A stretch of 38,046 nucleotides of DNA from a virus. Taxonomy: Duplodnaviria; Caudoviricetes. A program made the translations under genes and the position numbers. Below, piece after piece: positions 16,097 through 23,995 of this stretch. Each line of letters starts with the position of its first letter. The first letter of the stretch is position 1. The stretch lies in IMG/VR virus record IMGVR_UViG_3300012971_000015, positions 1 through 38,046 of that record, one strand, 5' to 3'. The notes under the pieces were generated by a model. It was not told the origin of the DNA and searched no databases. It saw only the letters and a program-made list of their open reading frames with translations.

Positions 16097-16969
16097 TCAG
16101 GTGCGGTTGGCGGCGCGCTCCGCTTCGGCCGCCATCAACGCCGTGAGCGCATCAACCTGCGCTGGGCGCAATTGGCGGGCTTCCTTGGGCGACATCGCCG
16201 CGTATTGCTCGAGTGTGATGGTGTCTGAGCTGCTGCTTGGTCCATTGGCGCGTTCAGGCGTGGCGCGCGAGCCTACCAGGCGTCCGCGCAGGCCCTCGAG
16301 CTCGGCCTCGAGCCGAACCACCTGCTCGTCGCGTGATCGCTTGCCCAGGTCAAACGCTCGTTTGGCCAACTCGGCGGCAGACGGCGCGGTGTGCAGGTTC
16401 TGGTAATCGGCATCGGCGATGCCGTCGAGGTCCTTGAGGTTCGCGAAATCGGCAGCCATCTCTTGCAGGACCTGCAGACGGGTGGTCTGCATGAGCGCCT
16501 GCGCCTGCTGGTTGCCGCGATACATCTGCAGGATGCCCCGCCGCGCTTGGTCCTGGGTGGCGTAATCGGGTGCCTCTAGGTCGCGGAAGAGTTTTTCGAC
16601 GCGTTGATTGGCCTCCTGCTGCGTTTGCTGCATGAGGCTTGCTTGCTGTTGCGTTTCCTGTTCGCGCTGCAGGGCCGCGCGACCCTCGGCCAGGCCTCGC
16701 TGGTACGCGTCTTCGTTCGCTCGACGCCGGGAGCCCTGTGGCTGTTCAGTCGGCGCAGGTCCAGCAGCTACTTCGGGCGACTCAGACGGTTCGGGCGGCG
16801 CAGCTTCCGGTGCCGGCGCGGGCGCGGCTGGTGGGGTTTCTGCTGGGCGGAGCTCTGGCGCGTACAGCGCCAGATCCGGGCCGAGCTGGATCGAAACCTG
16901 GTCAGCGGGCGCGGGCGTGGCAGGTGCGGCTGGATCGACCGAAGGCGGAGGCGTGACCTCTTGGGTCAT
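16097..16969 (-). CDS. Capsid scaffolding protein
   Basis: Pro/Ala-rich N-terminus, coiled coil, C-terminal ITLEQYAAMSPKE helix; immediately upstream of the capsid gene. Confidence 0.75.
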   Translation of the reverse strand: MTQEVTPPPSVDPAAPATPAPADQVSIQLGPDLALYAPELRPAETPPAAPAPAPEAAPPEPSESPEVAAGPAPTEQPQGSRRRANEDAYQRGLAEGRAALQREQETQQQASLMQQTQQEANQRVEKLFRDLEAPDYATQDQARRGILQMYRGNQQAQALMQTTRLQVLQEMAADFANLKDLDGIADADYQNLHTAPSAAELAKRAFDLGKRSRDEQVVRLEAELEGLRGRLVGSRATPERANGPSSSSDTITLEQYAAMSPKEARQLRPAQVDALTALMAAEAERAANRT

Positions 16970-17020
16970 GGCTCAGACAGCCGAAAGCGTACAACCCTTG
17001 TCTCGCCTATCCAAACCGGT

Positions 17021-17090
17021 TATAAGAGGGCTCCCGCGCCGTTGGAGCGGCCGGGAGCATGGCAACAGAAAGGATCGACTTTCCGATGCA
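17021..17090 (-). ncRNA. Putative cis-antisense two-hairpin sRNA (cassette A)
   Basis: TACGAT -10 at 17102-17097; stem over SD/AUG, then GCTCCCG..CGGGAGC stem and CCTCTTAT tail. Confidence 0.6.
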
Positions 17091-17403
17091 CCTTCGATCG
17101 TACCGCGCGCTCGCGCGCACCGTGGCTCTTGCGAGCCTGCTGGCCGTCCTCGCCCTGCCAGCCATTGCCTCGGCCCAGTCGTACTCAAGCACGTATTCTG
17201 GCTACGCCGAGACGTATCCGACCTACGGTGGCGGCTCCACGACGTATTACTCCAATGGCGTCTCTGCCCAGACGTACCCGACGTATGGCGGCGGGTACTC
17301 GACGTACTACTCCGACGGCGGCTATGCCAATAGCACGCCAACCTATGGCGGTGGCTATTCGACGTACTACACCGCCCCGGCGTACGGTTACCCGTACCCC
17401 TGA
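17086..17403 (+). CDS. Secreted Tyr/Gly/Ser/Thr-rich repeat protein
   Basis: Signal peptide (..PAIASAQ) then three PTYGGG-x-[ST]-TYY repeats; AAGGA SD. Confidence 0.75.
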   Translation: MHLRSYRALARTVALASLLAVLALPAIASAQSYSSTYSGYAETYPTYGGGSTTYYSNGVSAQTYPTYGGGYSTYYSDGGYANSTPTYGGGYSTYYTAPAYGYPYP

Positions 17404-17404
17404 G

Positions 17405-17484
17405 GTATAAAAGGCTCCCGCGTCGAGTCCGACACGCCTCGACCGGGAGCACGGCACCGAAAAGGAGTCAAGCCGTTCGATGCA
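17405..17484 (-). ncRNA. Putative cis-antisense two-hairpin sRNA (cassette B)
   Basis: TAGACT -10 at 17495-17490; same outer stem as cassette A with compensatory inner stem; CTTTTAT tail. Confidence 0.62.
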
Positions 17485-17728
17485 CAACCAGTCTAACGAA
17501 CCGCCTGAGCACCGCCACCCGGAGCTCGAGCGCATGATCGCTGAGCGATACCGGCTGCTCCATGAAGTCACCGTGACGGGCTTCGCCGACCTGCTCAGAG
17601 AACTGCGCGATGGCTTCGAACAGGTTAACGCTCGGTTTGAACAGGTTGACCGCCGGTTCGATCGTGTCGAACAGCGCCTAGACGGGATCGAGGCCTATCT
17701 TCGACGCATCACCCCGGACGGCCAGTAG
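17480..17728 (+). CDS. Small coiled-coil protein
   Basis: FEQVNARFEQVDRRFDRVEQRLDGIE heptad repeats; AAGGAG SD. Confidence 0.75.
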   Translation: MHNQSNEPPEHRHPELERMIAERYRLLHEVTVTGFADLLRELRDGFEQVNARFEQVDRRFDRVEQRLDGIEAYLRRITPDGQ

Positions 17729-17730
17729 GC

Positions 17731-18003
17731 ATGACGCAATCGCAGCCTAGCGCAGATTCTCTCATTGAAATCGGTCCAGGATTTTCCGTTCCCAAGTCAC
17801 GACTAGCGAGAACCCTCTGGCCAGGACTCAGCGACGACGTATTAGCGGCACTCAACAACGTCGACGCCGACGAACTGCTGAGGCAATTCCGCATGCACTT
17901 TGACCCGCCTCCCTACCAACTGGATTGGTCTGCTGCCGAATGGGCCGAACACCGGCGCAGGATTGCTGAACAGAAAAACCGCGGCTCAGACAGCCCCGGC
18001 TGA
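17731..18003 (+). CDS. Hypothetical protein
   Basis: 90 aa, starts 2 nt after the previous stop, convergent overlap with 17986..22692. Confidence 0.55.
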   Translation: MTQSQPSADSLIEIGPGFSVPKSRLARTLWPGLSDDVLAALNNVDADELLRQFRMHFDPPPYQLDWSAAEWAEHRRRIAEQKNRGSDSPG

Positions 18004-21000
18004 CGTTGCGGCCATCAATCGTTGCAGGCCTGTCTGGCCACCTAGCAGCGACTGCATCAATGCCGCGTGCGTTGCCTGTGCACGCATGATCGCCGCCTGA
18101 TTCAGATACTGATCCGCGAGACCAGCCGGTAGATAGCTCTCGACCGGCGCGAGGACACCGGTCCCGATCATGCGGCCGGCAGCATCCGTGCCCATGTCGC
18201 GCAGCACCATTTTCTCGGCCGCGCTTGAGGCAGCCTGGTTGATTTGCTGGAGCGCGACGCGCTGCGCCTCGAGCGGCATCGTCCGCCACTGGGGAGACTG
18301 GAGCAGGCTGCCCGTTGCCTGGCGCAATACCTGGCCACGATATTCCTCATAGCGATGCTGCTCCTCGGGCGTGAGACGGATCTCGGCTGATGGACCGTAC
18401 GGTATTGTCTCGGGTGCACGGGTGGGAGTGACGTCCGCAGCAGCCATGGCCGCCAACACGGGATTGGGATTGACGACACTGCTACGCGGCAACAGCAATC
18501 CGGCGCCCTGTTGTGGATTGGGCACAGCCTCGCCGGCTGCGGTCAGACGCGTCGGCACGTTCTGACGCAGGCCCGGCAAGCCCATCTGGATCGCCTGCGA
18601 AACGAAGGCGGCCGGAGCACCGGGTTGCGGTGGCGGCACCTGGCGAGCATAGGGATCTTGCAGGCTTGCGATATTGCCGAGCAACGCGCCCTGTGGAATG
18701 AGCGACTGGATGACGCTCGCGACCTCAGACGGTGCAGCTCTGCCGAGCTGCGCGCTCGAGCCGATCGCGTTCAGCACTGAGCCGACCGAACGCAGGAAGG
18801 TTTCATTGTTGAAATAGCGACCTTCACGCGCCGCGAAGTCACCCAGCATGTCCAGCGCATTCGGCGGCCGTTCGCCCTGGGGTGTTTTGATCAGCCCCAT
18901 ATAGCCGCCCTGTTCCGGGCCATGCGTCGCCTCATACGCGTTGGCCCCCTGCGTCAGTGCCCAGCCGACTGGTCCCAAGAGGTGGCTATCGAAGTAGCGC
19001 CCGCCGATGCGAATCGAATCGGGGCGCCAGCCCATATCCTCGAGCGTCTGGCGCGCCGCCGGATCGGCGGGACCTTCACCGGTGATATTGCCCTGTCCAG
19101 CCTGGTTGTAAGCCTCGTATGCGAGCCCGAGACCGATCAGGTTATTGCGTAGGCGCTGTGCGAGTGGTGTCACCGCGTCGGCTGCGCCACGCCCCGCAAA
19201 ACCAGTGGGGCCGGCGTATGGTCCTGCGCCAACTGCCGCGCGCGCCACGTCCCAGGCAGTGCCAGCTATACCCAGGGGAGAGGTCTCGAGGCCCTGAGTG
19301 GCGATGTGATAGCCGACATTGAAAATCGGCATTATGAATCGCAGCATCGGCGATTGGTCGACCGCATTTCTCAATGCCTGACCCGTAGTGCCGAGCGCGC
19401 CAGTCAATGCGGCTCTATCGCCTGCCTGCTGCATCGCGGTGATCATGTCCTGCGTGGGGTTGGCCACCAGTCTGCTGACCTCGGCCTGCCAAGCTGGGCC
19501 GAAACGAACGAAGCCGGCGTCGGTAGCCTCGGTGGCAGCACCGCGCCACAAGTCCATGTGCTCTGCGATCTGACGCGACAGGTCCTGCAGCACTGGGTGC
19601 AGGCGGACCGCGCCGATGAGTCCCGTCTCGGCCGCTTGCGCGCCCAGACCACCACCCATCTGCTGTGCCAACGTGCCTGGTTGGCCGAGCGTTTGCGCGG
19701 CGGTGAGCGCCCATGAGCGCAGACCCTGCATGGCACCGTACAACTCCATCGGCACGGCCTCAGCATGTCCGCTGAGCACAGATGCCGGTACATCACTGAG
19801 CAACTTGAGCCCTGCCTGAACTGGCGTATTCAGCGCGATATGCGCGAGCGAAGGAATCCCGCCGGCCAGAGACCCGATACGCGTCGCCTGAATCAAATCA
19901 CCGATATTCGGCAATCCTGTTCGGGCAATAGCTGGTGGCTGAAGCGCACCGCCCACCGGTTGAACGGCGCCGCCCACCGCGAGGACCGCATTCTGCGCGC
20001 GCTCGAGATCTTCGGGTGTCATCCGCGGGTTGGGCAGGAATGTGCCGTACTTATCTTGGAGATCCGCCATCACGTTGATGGGATGATTCGGCTCGGTGAT
20101 ATTGGGGAAATACTCACGTCTCAGCGCGTTGATGTCGCTGTTGGCGATCAGGTCGCCCACGCGCTGCATCGCTCGAGCCGCCTCGGGGACCGGACCGAAT
20201 TCCGCCGGATTGGTCAGAAACGCGCCGAGTCCGCCCAGGGTCCCGCCAAGGACAGGCGCACCGGCGATCGCCTGACCGAGCGGCGAGGCAGCCAGGTTCT
20301 GCAACGCGCTCTGACCAGCCGGAAATAACGGCGCGTTCAGATCGATCGCGCCAGGTGGCGAGGGAAGACCGAGCGCATTGCCCAGAACGCTTCCCGTGAG
20401 CGCCTGCTGCGCCGTGGCCTGCAGTGGCTGTAGTACGCCACCCGCGGCGCTCAAGACCGTCTGCGGCAGCGCCAGTGTGGCATTCAGGGCATTCTGGGTG
20501 GTGGGGCCGAGCGCACCGCCGAGCGCGCTCGGCGCGTTCATCACTGCCTGACCCACTGCGGTGTTGGCCAGGTCGGGCCGCACGCCCGAGGTGATCAGAT
20601 TCTGGACTTCCTGGACTGCCGACTGCCCCGGCAGCAAGCTCGCGGCGGTCGACAGCGCCTGTCCGGCGATATTCGGGATACCCGCGGCAGTGAGCGCGTT
20701 GCTTGCGAGCTGCTGGCCGAGATCCAGAGACGGTTGGATCAGCGGCTGCGTGAGTTGCTGCACGGCGGGCTGGATTGCCGCGAATCCGCCGCCCAGCGCC
20801 GTGGTCGCCTGCTGACCAACGTTGGTCACGGCGTTCAGCACGTTCTGGGCCTGCGTCATGATGCCCTGCGAGACCGGCTGCAGGAGATTGCCGGCGGCCG
20901 AGGTAAGCGCCTGCGCGCCCTGGGCGATGGTGCCTGCGCCTTGCTGCAACAGTTGCCCGACGGCGCCCGGCACCTCGCCGATCGCCTGTCCGGCGCTCGA

Positions 21001-22692
21001 GGCCAACTGACCGACCGACTGGGCCAGCCCGTCCTGCTGCGCCAGTGGATGGTCGGCGAAGATCGCGCCGCGAGCGGCACCCTGCGACTGCGGCATGGCG
21101 TTGATCTGCGCCGGCGTCATCCATTCAGAGCCGCCCTTCAGATCGGTGCCCGAGGTGCCGACGTGCAACTGTCCAGTCTGCGCGTTGTAACCGTCGACAT
21201 AGAAGTAGTGGCCGGGCGTGTCGACGATGACCGGGTTGCCGCCCTGCGCGTCGCGGCCGACCTGACCCCAGTCGACGCCCTGGCTGTAGTGGGCGTCCAC
21301 GCCCAGGCCGTGCAGCAATGCCACCTCGGATTGTGGCCCGGCCATGCCCTGCTGGGGATTCCAACCGACCTGTTGTGCGAGCGCCTTGGCCTCGGCGACG
21401 GTCGGATTGCGGCCATACGTCTGCGCGAATGCCAGCGCCGCGGCTGGTCCGCAGAACGCAATCGCATCGCCCGAGCTCAGACCCATCTGGAATTGCGATG
21501 TCTCGGGCGTTGGCCGCGCGGCACGATCAGCCTGGTTGGCGATCTGGGGCGTATTGATCGCCTCGCCCTGGCCGGGTTGCTGCGCCTGGGCTGCGGGTGT
21601 CTGCAACTGACCCTTGGCGCGCATGTCGCCGAGCGTGCCCTGGATGTCATGCGCAATCGAGTTGACCTGTGTCGCCCAGTTCGGATCGGTCGCGTAGCCG
21701 GCGGCGCGGATGTTGGACACCAGGTGGTCGGCGTCGCCATCCTGGGCGTATTGCTGCAGCGCTGGGCCGTAACGCGGATTGTCGCGCAGGAACGCGGCGA
21801 AGTCGCGCATCGACTCGACCGGGTCCGAATACGAGCGGAAGGTGTCCTGAATGTTGACGCGCTGGCCGCCATAGACTTCCTGCGTCGCGATCGGCCCGGT
21901 ATTGGCACCGGTCTGCGGGTTGGAGCCCTTGATGCCGTACAGGTTGTTGCTGGCGACCGCCTGACCCCAGCCCGTCTCGTTGGCGGGGATCGCGAGCAGC
22001 ACCTGCGCGGGTAGCCCACTCTCGGCGGCGACCTGCTCGGCAGCCGGAGCGAGACTGCGGATGAACGCGTCCTTGCCCTTGCCCACCTCCGTCGGCGCAG
22101 TCGCCGGGGCAGGCGTTGGCGTGACGGTCGCTGCCGGCTGCGGCGCAGGCTGCGGGCTCGGCGTGGGTGTCGGTGTCGGCGGTTGCGGCATCGCGCCGGC
22201 GGCCTGGGGGCCCAGCACGCGGCTGATCAGGTCCTGCGCCTGCGACGGCACCTGGCCGAGTGCCTGCTGCACGCCGCTGAGCACGTCGCTGGGCAGGGGT
22301 GTGCTGGACGGCGTGGGCACCGGTGCCGGCGCAGGCGCGGGCGTCGCAGCAGCCGACGGCTGGGTGAGGTTGGCGATCATCTGGTCGGCCCAGCTCTGGC
22401 CGCGATCAGCCTGGCTCTGCGGTGCCGGGGTGGGCGTGGGCACGGGCGCCGGTGTTGGCGTGGGGACTGGCTGTGGCGGCGGCGATGGCGGCGGTGGCGG
22501 AGGCGCGGCGGCGGCCTGGAGTTGCGCGAATTGCTGCTGCGCTTGCTGCTGGGCATTGGCGATCTGCTGACCCGCCCACTCGTTACCGGCCTGAATCTGG
22601 TTGTGCAGGTCCTGGACGCGCTGCTGCGCCCACATCTGGCCCTGCTGCGCCAGATAGGTGGCGTCGTCCAGCCAGATGCCGCTGCCGGCCAC
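17986..22692 (-). CDS. Large internal virion/ejection protein with GH73 glucosaminidase and C39-like peptidase domains
   Basis: ANETGWG..NNLYGIKG..FRSY..NPRY..GYATDP (FlgJ/GH73); FCGPAAA..GNPVIVDTPGHYFYVDGY (C39-like); C-terminal GWRPDSIRIGGRY (LPD38-like). Confidence 0.85.
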   Translation of the reverse strand: MAGSGIWLDDATYLAQQGQMWAQQRVQDLHNQIQAGNEWAGQQIANAQQQAQQQFAQLQAAAAPPPPPPSPPPQPVPTPTPAPVPTPTPAPQSQADRGQSWADQMIANLTQPSAAATPAPAPAPVPTPSSTPLPSDVLSGVQQALGQVPSQAQDLISRVLGPQAAGAMPQPPTPTPTPSPQPAPQPAATVTPTPAPATAPTEVGKGKDAFIRSLAPAAEQVAAESGLPAQVLLAIPANETGWGQAVASNNLYGIKGSNPQTGANTGPIATQEVYGGQRVNIQDTFRSYSDPVESMRDFAAFLRDNPRYGPALQQYAQDGDADHLVSNIRAAGYATDPNWATQVNSIAHDIQGTLGDMRAKGQLQTPAAQAQQPGQGEAINTPQIANQADRAARPTPETSQFQMGLSSGDAIAFCGPAAALAFAQTYGRNPTVAEAKALAQQVGWNPQQGMAGPQSEVALLHGLGVDAHYSQGVDWGQVGRDAQGGNPVIVDTPGHYFYVDGYNAQTGQLHVGTSGTDLKGGSEWMTPAQINAMPQSQGAARGAIFADHPLAQQDGLAQSVGQLASSAGQAIGEVPGAVGQLLQQGAGTIAQGAQALTSAAGNLLQPVSQGIMTQAQNVLNAVTNVGQQATTALGGGFAAIQPAVQQLTQPLIQPSLDLGQQLASNALTAAGIPNIAGQALSTAASLLPGQSAVQEVQNLITSGVRPDLANTAVGQAVMNAPSALGGALGPTTQNALNATLALPQTVLSAAGGVLQPLQATAQQALTGSVLGNALGLPSPPGAIDLNAPLFPAGQSALQNLAASPLGQAIAGAPVLGGTLGGLGAFLTNPAEFGPVPEAARAMQRVGDLIANSDINALRREYFPNITEPNHPINVMADLQDKYGTFLPNPRMTPEDLERAQNAVLAVGGAVQPVGGALQPPAIARTGLPNIGDLIQATRIGSLAGGIPSLAHIALNTPVQAGLKLLSDVPASVLSGHAEAVPMELYGAMQGLRSWALTAAQTLGQPGTLAQQMGGGLGAQAAETGLIGAVRLHPVLQDLSRQIAEHMDLWRGAATEATDAGFVRFGPAWQAEVSRLVANPTQDMITAMQQAGDRAALTGALGTTGQALRNAVDQSPMLRFIMPIFNVGYHIATQGLETSPLGIAGTAWDVARAAVGAGPYAGPTGFAGRGAADAVTPLAQRLRNNLIGLGLAYEAYNQAGQGNITGEGPADPAARQTLEDMGWRPDSIRIGGRYFDSHLLGPVGWALTQGANAYEATHGPEQGGYMGLIKTPQGERPPNALDMLGDFAAREGRYFNNETFLRSVGSVLNAIGSSAQLGRAAPSEVASVIQSLIPQGALLGNIASLQDPYARQVPPPQPGAPAAFVSQAIQMGLPGLRQNVPTRLTAAGEAVPNPQQGAGLLLPRSSVVNPNPVLAAMAAADVTPTRAPETIPYGPSAEIRLTPEEQHRYEEYRGQVLRQATGSLLQSPQWRTMPLEAQRVALQQINQAASSAAEKMVLRDMGTDAAGRMIGTGVLAPVESYLPAGLADQYLNQAAIMRAQATHAALMQSLLGGQTGLQRLMAATSAGAV

Positions 22693-22696
22693 GAGC

Positions 22697-23992
22697 TCAG
22701 GCTAGCCGCATCTGTTCGCTCGGCGCGGCCTGACCGAGGCGGCTCTGGGCATATTGCTGCAGGAACGAGGGCAACGATCCGCCGAGCGCGCCGAGACCTG
22801 AACCGAACGCCTGCAACTCCTCGGGTGTCAGGCGCTCGAGCGTGCCGGGCGCGAGTGCCTGGCCACCGCCAGCCATGATGGCCTGGATCGTGCCGAGCGT
22901 CTGCCCGTAGTCCCAGCCGGGCGTGACGCTGGTTTGACCTCCGAGTTGACCGGCGAGTCCGGCTGCGGACTGCGGCGTGGGTGCGATCGCGCCGGTGCCC
23001 TGAAAGGCGGGCTGCGCGATGTTGCCGGCCAGCGCCCGCAGGTAGGTCGGCACGGACACGTTGCCCTGCGCGCCGCGGAGATAATTCGACAACTGGAAGG
23101 TGTTCTGCGGGCCCTGCAGTTGCGCCGCAGTAGCCAGATATTGCTGGCCGAGCTGTCCCTGGGCGAGCTCGAGTTGTCGTGCCGCGAGTGTCTCGATCGG
23201 TCCCTGGGCTGCCGCAGGCTGGGCAGGTGCCGCGGCCGGCGCGGCGGGCGCAGCAGCCGGCGCGGCTGGAGCGGCGGGCGGTTGCAGAAACACGTTCGGG
23301 TCGCTCGATTGCGTGCCGACCGCCCAACCCTGGGCTACTGGCAGGCCCTGCGCCGAGCCCCAGCCGGCCTGGCCGGTGCCGCTCGGCGAGCCGACGTGCA
23401 CACGCATGTCGGTGCCCACGAAATAGCCAGTACCGAGGTTCTGCGGTGCCGCTCCGGCGGCGGCAGGAGCGGCCGCCCCGCCGGTCAGGAATTGCTGGAT
23501 GCCTGGCACGGGTGCTGGTGGCGTAAACCAGCCCGTGAGCGCGGCCGACGATGCCGCCTGGTTGAAGGCCTGGGCCTGCTGAGCGAGCGTGATCTGCGCC
23601 TCGAACTGGCGCTGCTGCAATTGCGCCAGCATCTGGTTGATCTGCACCTGCGGGATGCCGATCTGGGTGAGCTGGTCGCGGGCAAGCGCTAGTTGCGCGT
23701 CGAACTCGGCTTTTTGCTGGGCGAGCTGCTTGTCGGTAACACCCGAGGTCTGTCCGAAAAAGGTCGCGGCAGCGCCCGTGTCGCCGAACTGAGGCGTCGC
23801 ACCGCCTCCACCACCGCCTCCGCCGCCACCGCCGCCACTGAACGTGCTTGCGCCAAAGGTGCCACCGCCTTGCTGTTGGCTGAGCGTGACGCCCGTCTGA
23901 TTGGCGGCCGCCTGCTGGGCGCTGGCGAGATCCGTCGCGTTGACGGTGATCGATCCACCACTGGCGATGTTCGGCAGCGTGAACTGTGGCAT
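22697..23992 (-). CDS. Gln/Ala/Gly-rich internal virion (DNA pilot-like) protein
   Basis: Low-complexity, Q-rich coiled coil, poly-Gly; podovirus ejection-protein synteny. Confidence 0.65.
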   Translation of the reverse strand: MPQFTLPNIASGGSITVNATDLASAQQAAANQTGVTLSQQQGGGTFGASTFSGGGGGGGGGGGGATPQFGDTGAAATFFGQTSGVTDKQLAQQKAEFDAQLALARDQLTQIGIPQVQINQMLAQLQQRQFEAQITLAQQAQAFNQAASSAALTGWFTPPAPVPGIQQFLTGGAAAPAAAGAAPQNLGTGYFVGTDMRVHVGSPSGTGQAGWGSAQGLPVAQGWAVGTQSSDPNVFLQPPAAPAAPAAAPAAPAAAPAQPAAAQGPIETLAARQLELAQGQLGQQYLATAAQLQGPQNTFQLSNYLRGAQGNVSVPTYLRALAGNIAQPAFQGTGAIAPTPQSAAGLAGQLGGQTSVTPGWDYGQTLGTIQAIMAGGGQALAPGTLERLTPEELQAFGSGLGALGGSLPSFLQQYAQSRLGQAAPSEQMRLA

Positions 23993-23995
23993 CGC

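Noticed and set aside
17200-17375. Repeated GGCGG..TCGACGTACTAC units as a CRISPR array or DGR repeat
   Set aside because: Repeats are in-frame, vary at synonymous positions and encode PTYGGG peptide repeats; no cas or reverse transcriptase gene seen
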